Virus record (IMG/VR): IMGVR_UViG_3300027714_000008
Coordinates: 34,739-98,738 of that record
Reading direction: 5' to 3' (one strand)
Length of the DNA stretch: 64,000 nt
Source: a virus
In this document: piece after piece, positions 20,289 through 29,616 of the stretch
How positions within the stretch are numbered: the stretch's first letter is position 1
Layout: every line of letters starts with the position of its first letter
Notes under the pieces: model-generated
What the model saw: only the letters and a program-made list of their open reading frames with translations
Databases searched by the model: none
What the model was told of the DNA's origin: nothing
Made by a program: the position numbers and the translations under genes

Positions 20289-20915
20289 TTATGTGATAAT
20301 TGTTTGGTGGGCTTTAACTAATATTGTATTTGCAGGATTACGTGTAAATTTAACTTCAATTGTGCCTGAGTTATTTGTTACAGCTAAAGATCCTAGATCA
20401 CTATCACCAGTATGTACTATACCATATTCTGTACTTGCTATATTTGTTCCGTCAAATGCAGTCAATATTTTAGAGATTTGTGTCTCTGTAGAACTGCCAT
20501 TGTATGCTGAAATATTAAATTCTATTGCAGTGGATGCACCACCTGTTACATATGATGCAACGATTGTAGCTGATCCGCTTGTTACTGATACACCAACTGG
20601 TTGTGCTTTAACTATACCATTCTTAGTATAAAGAGTGCCAATGTAAGCACCTCTAAATCTTATATCATCTGTGCCAATATCAATCGCATCTGAATCAGAG
20701 GCAAATAATGCACCAGAAATAGTTGCACTATCAAGTGTTTTATTAGTTAGTGTTTGTGCACCCGACGTTGTAACAGATTCAAATCCACCAGCGGTCGAAC
20801 CATTATGTACTCTAATACTATTTAATTGATTATCATATGAGATTTCACCAGCAGCCCCAGTAAAGTTATTATTCTGAGCTGTTGTGCCTCGTCTAAACTG
20901 GACTACTGTAGGCAT
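20289..20915 (-). CDS. Virion/fibre protein with Mtd_N-like N-terminus
   Basis: VQFRRGTTAQ...TGAAGEISYD...RVHNGSTAGG. Confidence 0.7.
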   Translation of the reverse strand: MPTVVQFRRGTTAQNNNFTGAAGEISYDNQLNSIRVHNGSTAGGFESVTTSGAQTLTNKTLDSATISGALFASDSDAIDIGTDDIRFRGAYIGTLYTKNGIVKAQPVGVSVTSGSATIVASYVTGGASTAIEFNISAYNGSSTETQISKILTAFDGTNIASTEYGIVHTGDSDLGSLAVTNNSGTIEVKFTRNPANTILVKAHQTIIT

Positions 20916-20933
20916 TTATTTAATTCCTTATTT

Positions 20934-21419
20934 CTATACACTTGAATCTACGCCAAGATCTATTGTTGCTAACGAACCTACAGGATTCATACATTCAAAT
21001 GTTCCGCCTGTTGAAATTCCAAACGCATCAATTTGACCTGTTGAGTCTACTGTTCCATAATTACCTTCTGGAAAGTTAACTGCTCCAACGCCTGTTATGA
21101 CTGCGTTATCTACATATATTTTATTTACCGCATCATTATTATCAGAAGGCGAAGATAAATTAACAATCCTAAGACTGTTCATGTTTATCTGACCAGTCAT
21201 TGTTCCACCAGATGTGAGCAATGTTTCTGATTGTGCCGAATCTATTTGAGCCTTTATAGCATCAGAATCAGTAAAAAATTTAACTACATTATCGGCATTT
21301 TTATAAAAAAGTCTTCCGTCTTTATAGTTAATAGCCAATTCACCATAGGCCAAATCGCCAACAAGAGGTATCTTGCCAGCCGAATCTGATTTAAGTAATC
21401 TAATCTCTACGTTAGACAA
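20934..21419 (-). CDS. Fibre-associated protein
   Basis: N-terminal IRLLKS..P..L.YGELAINYKDGRLF and an adhesin-like DAVNKIYVD motif. Confidence 0.7.
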   Translation of the reverse strand: MSNVEIRLLKSDSAGKIPLVGDLAYGELAINYKDGRLFYKNADNVVKFFTDSDAIKAQIDSAQSETLLTSGGTMTGQINMNSLRIVNLSSPSDNNDAVNKIYVDNAVITGVGAVNFPEGNYGTVDSTGQIDAFGISTGGTFECMNPVGSLATIDLGVDSSV

Positions 21420-21462
21420 TGTCTATTCTTTTCTTTTTAGTAAAACTATATAATATTAGTTC

Positions 21463-21470
21463 TATTTATA
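21463..21470 (-). promoter_or_regulatory. Late promoter TATAAATA
   Basis: Exact motif in an intergenic gap. Confidence 0.75.
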
Positions 21471-21474
21471 ACGA

Positions 21475-22467
21475 TTAATACTCGCCGCCGTCAACAATAT
21501 TCAAAGTTACACCACCATTAACTACAGTGAATTGAGTATTATCAAAGAAAGCTAAACCTCTTTGCGTGTATGAGGCGTTAAATACATTGATTTTAAACTT
21601 ACCGCTTGATGAATCCAAGTTAAAACCGATAGATGCATCAGCAGTAGTTATCTTTGCTCCTACATCAGAATCGAAACCTAAATATGAACCAGCAAGTGTA
21701 CTCGCTTTAAATGGCGCAAGTGAAAATGACGAGTGTGCTATATTAATTGCAGTCGATCCTGTTGGATCTAGTGTATAGTTATCATACACCTTAAATGTCT
21801 TATCTGTTGCGTCTCTGAACATACCAGTAAACGCAAAACCTGAACTATCTTCTTTGCGTCCAGCCGCATAACCAATATCAATAGAAGCGTTTGGGCTTCC
21901 AGCTGAGTCATTAGAGTTAAGCTTGATGTGATGGTCTGCAAGGTTCAAAGTCTCTGAATTAATAACAGTCTGTGTGCCTGTAACTGTAAGCCCACCTGTA
22001 ATTGTGAGATTTGCCAAAGACAAAGTGTCGTCAATATTAATAGCAACGTTGTTATTAGTTACTACTGTTCTTAAACCATTACCACCCGAAAAAGTTAAAG
22101 TGTCAGCTAGGATTGATACAGAATCAGTTCCAGAGTCGCCAGCCAAAGCAATGTTAGTAGCAACACTTATTTCTCCAGCAGAGTCAAGTCTACCATCCGA
22201 AAGTATTTTTATTTGTGGTATTTTTGTGGCTGAACCATAAGTTCCAGCAGTAACATTAACAGGAGGTAAAGCATCCGAGGCTTCCCATTTGCCAACAGAC
22301 GAATCATACGCAAGAAGGTTGCCGTGTGATGCACCCGAAACATCTACGTCAGATAAACTTGCAAATGATCCACCAGATTGAACAATGCTACGTATTGGTG
22401 CGCCAACAACCACTTTTTTTACTTGAGTTTCATTCAACCCAGCGATTATGACAGTTCTATCAACCAT
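21475..22467 (-). CDS. Fibre-like structural protein
   Basis: VTAGTYGS and LTVTGTQTVINS motifs shared with the long fibre. Confidence 0.75.
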   Translation of the reverse strand: MVDRTVIIAGLNETQVKKVVVGAPIRSIVQSGGSFASLSDVDVSGASHGNLLAYDSSVGKWEASDALPPVNVTAGTYGSATKIPQIKILSDGRLDSAGEISVATNIALAGDSGTDSVSILADTLTFSGGNGLRTVVTNNNVAINIDDTLSLANLTITGGLTVTGTQTVINSETLNLADHHIKLNSNDSAGSPNASIDIGYAAGRKEDSSGFAFTGMFRDATDKTFKVYDNYTLDPTGSTAINIAHSSFSLAPFKASTLAGSYLGFDSDVGAKITTADASIGFNLDSSSGKFKINVFNASYTQRGLAFFDNTQFTVVNGGVTLNIVDGGEY

Positions 22468-22476
22468 AGCTTTGTA

Positions 22477-22833
22477 TTACCTTGTAATCGATGCGTTTAC
22501 GTTAATTCTTCCTTCTAACACTCTTTCAACAATTAACGTAGAAGAGCTATCAAGATACTGTATTTCAGCATCGTAAAGGTATCGACCAGGTTTAAGTATT
22601 TCAGTTTGAGCATTAGTCAAAGAAAGATTTACAATGCCTGATGTCGCAGGGCTTGTAATCACGGCTAAGAAATCGTGGCTATCTGCACTATCAGAATTTA
22701 TTGATCTTTTTAATTTTGCTTTAGCAGAAAAATTAGTTAAATTCTTAGCAGTATCATCTATTGAGTTTACTAAGTGTACTTCAATAGCTACGTCAGTACC
22801 TTGATCTATTTCAATTTCTTCGTATTGTGCCAT
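22477..22833 (-). CDS. Small structural adaptor protein
   Basis: EIDQGTD...LSLTNAQT..LKPGRYLYD...RVLEG, typical of fibre-region proteins in marine T4-like phages. Confidence 0.7.
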   Translation of the reverse strand: MAQYEEIEIDQGTDVAIEVHLVNSIDDTAKNLTNFSAKAKLKRSINSDSADSHDFLAVITSPATSGIVNLSLTNAQTEILKPGRYLYDAEIQYLDSSSTLIVERVLEGRINVNASITR

Positions 22834-22863
22834 GAATGGTACCTTTACTTGTGTTCTTTACAT

Positions 22864-22871
22864 TATTTATA
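22864..22871 (-). promoter_or_regulatory. Late promoter TATAAATA
   Basis: Exact motif overlapping the stop of the glycosyltransferase gene. Confidence 0.7.
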
Positions 22872-23649
22872 ACAAATATTTCCCCATACCAGAATAAAAA
22901 ATAGATTCGTGGCAAGAATTAAATACACAAATAGCTTTACTTTCATCATAAAAAACTAATACTTTACCGATCACAGCTCCACCAGCTGCTAATGTAGACT
23001 CTGTGTCTAATCTAATAAAGTAAGATTTATCTGGATCAATGTGAGGTGTAAGTTTACATCTAAAATACCAATCATCTTCACTTAAACTACAAAAATTAGC
23101 ACTAGGAATTTCATAGCTAAAAAATCTATCAATGCCATGATATAGATTAGTATAAAGTTTTATTGATTTTACAAACTTATTATATAAGTCTTGATTCTCA
23201 TTGTTGTACCAAACCATAATTGAAGAATTGTAATAAGGTTTGGTATGTTTCGAAAACTCCTGAAAATAATCATTAGAATAATCATTTAAACTTTCCTCAA
23301 AAACTTGATCTATTAGAGTTAGTTTATTATGTGACGCTTCATCAAATAGATGATCGATATTATTTTGTATCACTACATCTAAATCTAAATAAAGATTGAC
23401 ACCATCATAATCATTTTGTTTAAACATGGTAAGTTTCCACCACCAAGCTTTTAAATCGAGTCGCGTGTCTAATGAAACAATGCTTATTCTTTCGTCAACA
23501 CCCTCAGAATCTTCTGTATAACAATAAAAGTTAAATGGCAAAGTGATGTTTCTCTCTGCCATTCTATAGAGTCTATTTACATGTTCAGCAGTGAACTTGT
23601 CACCCCATTTAACACATACTACGTTGTGTTCCAAATCTTTTGTACCCAT
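22867..23649 (-). CDS. Glycosyltransferase (GT-A fold)
   Basis: VVCVKWGDKF, WWWKL, LYLDLDVVI (DxD) and YNSSIM motifs. Confidence 0.8.
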   Translation of the reverse strand: MGTKDLEHNVVCVKWGDKFTAEHVNRLYRMAERNITLPFNFYCYTEDSEGVDERISIVSLDTRLDLKAWWWKLTMFKQNDYDGVNLYLDLDVVIQNNIDHLFDEASHNKLTLIDQVFEESLNDYSNDYFQEFSKHTKPYYNSSIMVWYNNENQDLYNKFVKSIKLYTNLYHGIDRFFSYEIPSANFCSLSEDDWYFRCKLTPHIDPDKSYFIRLDTESTLAAGGAVIGKVLVFYDESKAICVFNSCHESIFYSGMGKYLL

Positions 23650-24284
23650 TCTGCTTTGTCCTCAATCATATTGTCGTCATATATGAAATGTACTAGCTTG
23701 ATTTGATCGCCAAACTTCTCTTGAGTTATCAAAGGCTTGTTATAGTAATCGTAGTATTTATTTATTATATCCTTGTTGTTTCTGGACGAACCTTCTGTAT
23801 GAACACCTAACCATTGGCCTGGGAGTTCCTCTATAAAGTAATTAGAATCAGTAACAAAGTTTTGTTCGCCCATTCCCATAATACCAATTAATTTTCCATA
23901 GTGATTAATCCAGAAATCAGGATTAGAATAAAATTTGTCGTAAACGGCAAGTTGATTATAACCAGGATTAATTTTATAAAACCCACCATTATATTTACAA
24001 CCACTGTTTTTCCACCATCTTGGAAACGCTCCAATATGATTTTCTACAATGTCATAGTTGAATAGTTCATCTAGGCTTCCATTAACAATAATATCTATGT
24101 CCATAACAATGCAAGGATCTTGGCGTTTAAAAAAAGATATTTTATCCCAATGACCATTAGGGCAATCAGTCTTTACAATAAAGTTAAAATCGCCAGAATA
24201 ATTCCTAGCTATGCCATTTTGTAAATTGTCAATATATTTTGAGCTATACTTTTCACCGAAATGTGTTACGCATATATCAATCAT
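23619..24284 (-). CDS. Glycosyltransferase (GT-A fold)
   Basis: FGEKYS, HWDKI, MDIDII (DxD), NGGF, GEQNF and LVHF motifs. Confidence 0.75.
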   Translation of the reverse strand: MIDICVTHFGEKYSSKYIDNLQNGIARNYSGDFNFIVKTDCPNGHWDKISFFKRQDPCIVMDIDIIVNGSLDELFNYDIVENHIGAFPRWWKNSGCKYNGGFYKINPGYNQLAVYDKFYSNPDFWINHYGKLIGIMGMGEQNFVTDSNYFIEELPGQWLGVHTEGSSRNNKDIINKYYDYYNKPLITQEKFGDQIKLVHFIYDDNMIEDKAEWVQKIWNTT

Positions 24285-24985
24285 TCAATGCCTATTTCTT
24301 CTAGTACGTCTTCCCAAAAGCCTTTACTTGTTTGATCAAATACATAAGACACTGTAAATCTCCAACAATCAGTAGAAGCCATATGATACACCAAGTTTTC
24401 AGGACCATCTTCATATGATCCAAAGTAAAAGGCTTTAGCTTGCCAACCCACTTTATCTTTTACTAAAACTTCTTCACCAGTTTTAGGATCTACATGTTTC
24501 CAATACCCATCACCAGTTTCAGACCAAGTTAAAACTATATTGTAACTTGGTGCGTTTGCATTATTATGCCAACCAATGTAGCCACCAGGAGGGTACACAG
24601 CCGCCAAAGCATTAGATCTAGTGCTTAAAATAGAAGACAACTTTTTATTAAGCCTTATGTAGTTGTCATTAAAGTATTTCTCTTTGATTTTATCATCGTC
24701 TGTCCTTGGAGTTCTATCCCAATAATCAGATGTTTTTACTTGCTTAAATGTATACCCATAAAGACATTCAGGATAACCATCGTGGTCTTTATAATCAGCC
24801 ATGATTTTCTTTTTGTATGCGTCACTTATATTTTCTTCACGTTTGTTTTTTTCGTTGTTTGCATTTATAAGATAAGCATGTTTTTTAAAAGATTCTAAAT
24901 CGTTATACCAAAGGTCTTTAAACTCATTGAGTGTATCAAGAACTTCGTTATTAACAATGTTAACACTTGTCATAGTCTTTGTCAT
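24281..24985 (-). CDS. 2OG-Fe(II) oxygenase-like protein
   Basis: YPPGGYIGWHNN...YH...RFTVS jelly-roll pattern. Confidence 0.6.
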   Translation of the reverse strand: MTKTMTSVNIVNNEVLDTLNEFKDLWYNDLESFKKHAYLINANNEKNKREENISDAYKKKIMADYKDHDGYPECLYGYTFKQVKTSDYWDRTPRTDDDKIKEKYFNDNYIRLNKKLSSILSTRSNALAAVYPPGGYIGWHNNANAPSYNIVLTWSETGDGYWKHVDPKTGEEVLVKDKVGWQAKAFYFGSYEDGPENLVYHMASTDCWRFTVSYVFDQTSKGFWEDVLEEIGIE

Positions 24986-24988
24986 TCT

Positions 24989-25732
24989 TCAATACCGATC
25001 ATATTTTTCTATTAAACCGCTGTAGTGTTGGATTATAACACCTTTCTCTGGCTTTGTAAACCCTTTAATTTCATACGTCATATACCAATTCCATCTCTCA
25101 CCATCTTCAAAGGAACCTACTTTAAGATCTTTATAATAAGGGTGTTCCTCTGTTAAAAACCATAAAGTGAATTGATCGAATTGACGTAATACTTCTGGAT
25201 GCAAATCAAAATCTTGTTTACCATCTTTATATGCAGGCCACCAATTTCCAGCAAATTGATTGCGGTAATATTCGTTCCACATTTTCATAAAACTTTGAAC
25301 TATAGGTTTTCTAATATCATAAAGAACTATGCCACCACAAAGTTTCATTTCTCCACCACGCCACTTACGAATTGCAAACAAAGAATCTTTGTCCACAGGC
25401 AAATCAACAAAGGCTATGTCGTTTCCTTTAAGTTGATCAAATGCAAACTCAATATCTTCATGTATGATTTCTACGTCAGCGTCAACATACATTGTAATAT
25501 CAAAAGGAGTCTTATCTAAAGCCCATAGCTTTTCTCTTACATGGTCACCGCAATATATTAAGTGGTCCGCAATAGATTCGCGCCCATCACAGAAAGCTTC
25601 CTCTGTAACAAGACAAACTTTAGCGTCTGGATAGTTATCTCTAATAGAATTTATTGCGTTTATAGCTAAATCAAAAAACCTAGGTTTAGTAGATGCTACA
25701 AGTAAAAACCCTTTAGTCGGTTCCGTTTTCAT
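24989..25732 (-). CDS. Glycosyltransferase (nucleotide-diphospho-sugar transferase)
   Basis: AINSIR, TPFDITMYVDAD (DxD), DQFTLW, RWN and IQHY motifs. Confidence 0.75.
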   Translation of the reverse strand: MKTEPTKGFLLVASTKPRFFDLAINAINSIRDNYPDAKVCLVTEEAFCDGRESIADHLIYCGDHVREKLWALDKTPFDITMYVDADVEIIHEDIEFAFDQLKGNDIAFVDLPVDKDSLFAIRKWRGGEMKLCGGIVLYDIRKPIVQSFMKMWNEYYRNQFAGNWWPAYKDGKQDFDLHPEVLRQFDQFTLWFLTEEHPYYKDLKVGSFEDGERWNWYMTYEIKGFTKPEKGVIIQHYSGLIEKYDRY

Positions 25733-26183
25733 TATTTAATACTTCCATCACAATCATCATACAATATACATTAACTTCAACGACGTTTTGAGCTTTTCTT
25801 AATTTAGATTTTAAAACTCTATTAGTAGAATTTTTAATAGCGTCTATCTCGAAAGCAGAAATCTTAGCTTCAAATAGTTGTTGAAGGTCTTTTGCTCTTG
25901 CTCTTTCTAATCTTGCTTGTTCTGCTTCAGTGCGTTCAACTAATTTCTTTTCGTTACGTTCGTTAGTGTTGGCAGTGATTGCTTCAAAAGTTATAGCATC
26001 AAGAACTTCTTTAAAGTCTGGATTTTCATTTCCATCAACATCAAATTTATTTACAGTAAGTTGTTGAGTAGTAGAATTTTCATTCTCATCGACAATCGTT
26101 AAAATTGTTGTTATTCTATTTTGATCATAACTTTCCCAAAAGGACTTTTTATCCCAAGTGCGATTATTCATAGTATTCTCCAT
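25713..26183 (-). CDS. Hypothetical protein, possible fibre chaperone
   Basis: 156-aa ORF with a C-terminal coiled coil, overlapping the GT gene. Confidence 0.7.
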   Translation of the reverse strand: MENTMNNRTWDKKSFWESYDQNRITTILTIVDENENSTTQQLTVNKFDVDGNENPDFKEVLDAITFEAITANTNERNEKKLVERTEAEQARLERARAKDLQQLFEAKISAFEIDAIKNSTNRVLKSKLRKAQNVVEVNVYCMMIVMEVLNNENGTD

Positions 26184-26219
26184 TACTTTTAATTATATAT
26201 ATCAGTTATTATAACACAT

Positions 26220-27425
26220 TTAAGCTTTACGTACATACAAAGTATATGTTTCAATTGTACCAACGCCAGAACCAATAGTTTCGCCTGCATAGTTACCAGT
26301 ATAAGCACCAGTGTAGTTGCCAACGTAGTTACCAGTATAAGCACCAGTGTAGTTGCCAACATAGTTACCAGTATAAGCACCAGTGTAGTTACCAACATAG
26401 TTACCAGTAAACGTTGCCGCACCTAAGAAGTTTGCCACATACTGGAATTGTTGACCACCGCCTTCATAATAAATAACTGTACGCACTCTTTGAAAGTTTG
26501 CACCATTTGGATTTACATAACCTGCTGAGTAAGTACCAGCATAAGTACCAGAATAATCTGCTGAGTAAGTAGCTGAGTAAGTACCAGAATAATCTGCTGA
26601 GTAGGTACCAGCATAAGTCCCAGAATAATCTGCTGAGTAGGTTACATCTGAAGTTGTTTTCTTTGTATCTGTTGCTGTACCTTGTGCTTGCCAAGTTCCA
26701 GTTGCAGATGGTACACCATTAGCAGATGATCTTAATTGATATGCACCAACATTATTTGCCGCCGCCATTGTGTACTTTCGTAACCAAGTACCGAATGTAT
26801 GTTTAATTTCTGCATCGTCCATTTCTTGTAGACCATCGAAGCTTGAATCGTCATTTTTTATCTTGACAGGACGAACTGCTGTAGGAGCCGTCATTGTTTG
26901 ACGTTGCCAAATACTATGTGTGATTGTGCTACCATTTGATGCTTGTGTGTCAGTAAAGACGTCTGCCAAATGTTCGTCGTAATCTGAACCAGGAGTAGAC
27001 GAGGCTAACTTGTAAGTGCCTGGATAATTGCCTGCGAATACCACAGCAGACAAACGAGCTAAAAGCGTATTCATATTTGCATCTGTGAATTCATCTGTTG
27101 CGGTGTTATCATCATCCCACGTTATAGGTCTGTGAAAATCGCCACCATTAGTTGCTACAGAACCAGACTTTTGAAATAGAACTGTATTAGTTGTACCTGT
27201 ACTGATACCAGAACCTGGATGTGTGCCAATTGCTTGGTTGAAGAATGTGTTTGAGTACGTTCCTATATTAGTAGAACTTGAATTAGATGTTGTTAAAGCG
27301 GCTACAGCAGTTTGAGCTTGTGCGGCAAGATGTAATCCAGCTTGATACGAAAGATATGCTTCCTCAGTCGTGGTCATCTCTTTCAAGTTACCATTGGTAT
27401 CACTTAATTTAATTGGGACACTCAT
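26220..27425 (-). CDS. Virion protein with two Tyr-periodic repeat arms
   Basis: 401 aa containing (YSAD/YSGT/YAGT)n and (YTGN/YVGN/YTGA)n arrays. Confidence 0.85.
   Translation of the reverse strand: MSVPIKLSDTNGNLKEMTTTEEAYLSYQAGLHLAAQAQTAVAALTTSNSSSTNIGTYSNTFFNQAIGTHPGSGISTGTTNTVLFQKSGSVATNGGDFHRPITWDDDNTATDEFTDANMNTLLARLSAVVFAGNYPGTYKLASSTPGSDYDEHLADVFTDTQASNGSTITHSIWQRQTMTAPTAVRPVKIKNDDSSFDGLQEMDDAEIKHTFGTWLRKYTMAAANNVGAYQLRSSANGVPSATGTWQAQGTATDTKKTTSDVTYSADYSGTYAGTYSADYSGTYSATYSADYSGTYAGTYSAGYVNPNGANFQRVRTVIYYEGGGQQFQYVANFLGAATFTGNYVGNYTGAYTGNYVGNYTGAYTGNYVGNYTGAYTGNYAGETIGSGVGTIETYTLYVRKA
26280..26639 (-). repeat. Two 12/36-bp-period tandem arrays (26280-26411 and 26508-26639)
   Basis: Repeated TAGTTACCAGTATAAGCACCAGTG and CCAGAATAATCTGCTGAGTA units. 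Confidence 0.9.
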
Positions 27426-27435
27426 CTTTTATTCC

Positions 27436-27756
27436 TTATGTGTTCAGTAAAGTACCAGCTGCGTTATACACATTTGGTAATCGTCTATTCAACTCATTAA
27501 CAGAGCTTACCAGCGATGTTTTGTTTGTAGTAGTCAAAGATGCCAATGAAAGAACTCCACCACTATCACCATAAAAATTAGTCCTTAATGATAATACATC
27601 ACTATCAACATCTGAGTGGACTTTATTAACAGCAACAACAAGTGATGTTGCAGAGTCCGTCAAAGATGTAAGATCACCTTGCAATATTCCAAGTTGATTT
27701 GTTTTATCTCTCCAACTAGCAATTGTAGTTGAAAGATCAACGTTGATTAATGACAT
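27436..27756 (-). CDS. Small fibre/adaptor protein
   Basis: TTIASWRDKTN N-terminus, KTSLVSSVNEL, and a C-terminus shared with the long fibre. Confidence 0.75.
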   Translation of the reverse strand: MSLINVDLSTTIASWRDKTNQLGILQGDLTSLTDSATSLVVAVNKVHSDVDSDVLSLRTNFYGDSGGVLSLASLTTTNKTSLVSSVNELNRRLPNVYNAAGTLLNT

Positions 27757-27757
27757 G

Positions 27758-27973
27758 TCATAACTTCTCTATAATCTGGCTTAACATCATTTTAATATCT
27801 TTTACATCACTTTTAAGCTGGTTAATTTCTTCCCTTTCAGCCGCCTTAGTCTCTCTTTGGTTTACCCTGAGGTTCTTAATGCGATTGATCTCAGTGCTAT
27901 TTATATTAATTATAGCACCTGTATTTTTATCTCTTGCTAATCCGCTATGACCTTCTACCTTCACTAAATCCAT
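27758..27973 (-). CDS. Conserved small coiled-coil protein
   Basis: VKVEGHSGLARDKNTGAIIN...EINQLKSDVKDIKMML. Confidence 0.75.
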   Translation of the reverse strand: MDLVKVEGHSGLARDKNTGAIININSTEINRIKNLRVNQRETKAAEREEINQLKSDVKDIKMMLSQIIEKL

Positions 27974-29574
27974 TATGTGCCTAATGCAATAGTTCTTAAC
28001 GCTTTAAATCTAGGTACGTCTGTTGACGATGTTGAACGCATTACTATTTTAATTTGGTAAGTAGTAAATGGTGCAAGGTCTCCTTGATATGTTCCACCTA
28101 TGACATATTTATACTCTCTGAATACGTTATAATTTGTATCAATAGGAAGCGTATTATGATTTGAATCAGGTTCTACTTTTGATGCCTCTATCCAAGCAGT
28201 GTCTTCAATGCTTACGTCACCACCAGCATCTAACACTTTATAGAAAAGATCAAAGTCTGTACCCTGAGGTCTATTGACATCAACAAGGACTTTAATACCA
28301 GTTGCAGGTTCAGCTAATAAAACAGGTATTGATATGTGTTTAGCCAAGGTAGATCCAAAGTTTGCAACTGTCTCAGCTACATAGCTTAATGGGACGTTAA
28401 ATCCAGTTGTTGCCGCTGAATCTGGATTATCAATAATGTTGTGGACTGATATAACAGAAGCTCTTTGTAAGTCTACAGAAGGAGCCGCATATGAACTTGT
28501 TGTCACTAACTCCAAATCAATAGTATAAGAAGACCTAGTAAGGGCTGTGTCTCTAACAGCAGTCGCAATAACAGCTGGAGAATTTAAGAACGTATCCATT
28601 TTGTTTGCTGTTGCGTGTTTAGGTAAAGTCCCATAAGCAGTTTCACCACCACCAAAAGATTTAGAAGTTGTTAGACCAGCTACCATGCGATGATTTGTGC
28701 CATTTGGTTGAAGTATTTCAATATTAGGCTTAAAGCTATCTATGATATATTGTTGTGTAGCAAGGATGCTATTACCACCACCGAATATAGCTGAGTCTGC
28801 CGAACTGTCCATTTCAAATTTATAGCCAGTACCATCAATGTGAGTAACAGCTCTTGATCCTAAGATACTTGCACCTAAAACACCATTGATGCTAGTAGCA
28901 GAATCTAACCCACTTGAGTCAGAAGATATATGTACGACGTCATTTACTTGAAAGCCGTGGTTAGGATGTGCAACAGTAACAGTTGCATCACTTGCCGCAA
29001 ATAGAAACGGATTACTTGTTAATGATTTTACAGGTGGCGGAGCCGCATTAAATCTTACTAATGCGTTAGTGCCTGTGAAGTTGGCTCTATATACTTTAAA
29101 AGTTAAATCACGAGTCTGATCCGCTTCAAATACTCTACCATTAGCAGACTTAAAGAATATGCCTGCGTATGGATCTGTTTGAAGTCTTTCTGTTGTTGAA
29201 CCTAGTTTGAAGTCACCTAACTTAGCAGTCCACACTTGATATGCATTACCAAGAGCATTTGATTGTATGCAAATAGCAAAGTCTTTGCCACCTTCAAGGT
29301 ATACTGGTTCTTCAAAAGTGAAAGTTGTTTCTGTAGCCGCTGTAGCAGACACAGTTATGTCACTTGCCGCTTTAAAAGAGACACTGTTTTCGATTATCTT
29401 ACTAGAATCAGGAACACCATTAACAGTAGGTCTTATACTAAGTTGAACAGGATAGTCTGCATCTGCCGCTTTAGTTGCAAAATAGATACCTATTTTAGTT
29501 ATGTATATTCCTGAAACCTGATTGACCCTAAACGTTTGGGCAATCGGTTGGATTAATTCAGAAGTAGATGACAT
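27973..29574 (-). CDS. Virion structural protein (VrlC-like C-terminal part)
   Basis: QPIAQTF, GIYITKIGIYF, FEEPVYL and FQIKIV-like/VPRFKALRTIA motifs. Confidence 0.75.
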   Translation of the reverse strand: MSSTSELIQPIAQTFRVNQVSGIYITKIGIYFATKAADADYPVQLSIRPTVNGVPDSSKIIENSVSFKAASDITVSATAATETTFTFEEPVYLEGGKDFAICIQSNALGNAYQVWTAKLGDFKLGSTTERLQTDPYAGIFFKSANGRVFEADQTRDLTFKVYRANFTGTNALVRFNAAPPPVKSLTSNPFLFAASDATVTVAHPNHGFQVNDVVHISSDSSGLDSATSINGVLGASILGSRAVTHIDGTGYKFEMDSSADSAIFGGGNSILATQQYIIDSFKPNIEILQPNGTNHRMVAGLTTSKSFGGGETAYGTLPKHATANKMDTFLNSPAVIATAVRDTALTRSSYTIDLELVTTSSYAAPSVDLQRASVISVHNIIDNPDSAATTGFNVPLSYVAETVANFGSTLAKHISIPVLLAEPATGIKVLVDVNRPQGTDFDLFYKVLDAGGDVSIEDTAWIEASKVEPDSNHNTLPIDTNYNVFREYKYVIGGTYQGDLAPFTTYQIKIVMRSTSSTDVPRFKALRTIALGT

Positions 29575-29616
29575 TTATTAGTCCTTTAAGTGTTTTTACC
29601 ATAATTTTTTAGTTTA

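Noticed and set aside
20289-20915. Diversity-generating retroelement suggested by the Mtd_N-like domain
   Set aside because: No reverse transcriptase and no template/variable repeat pair differing at adenines is visible in the window.
26280-26639. CRISPR-like array
   Set aside because: The repeats are contiguous, in frame and coding, with no unique spacers and no cas genes.
26189-26694. Alternate-frame ORFs 26189-26422 and 26464-26694
   Set aside because: They are by-products of the stop-free tandem repeats in the 401-aa gene.
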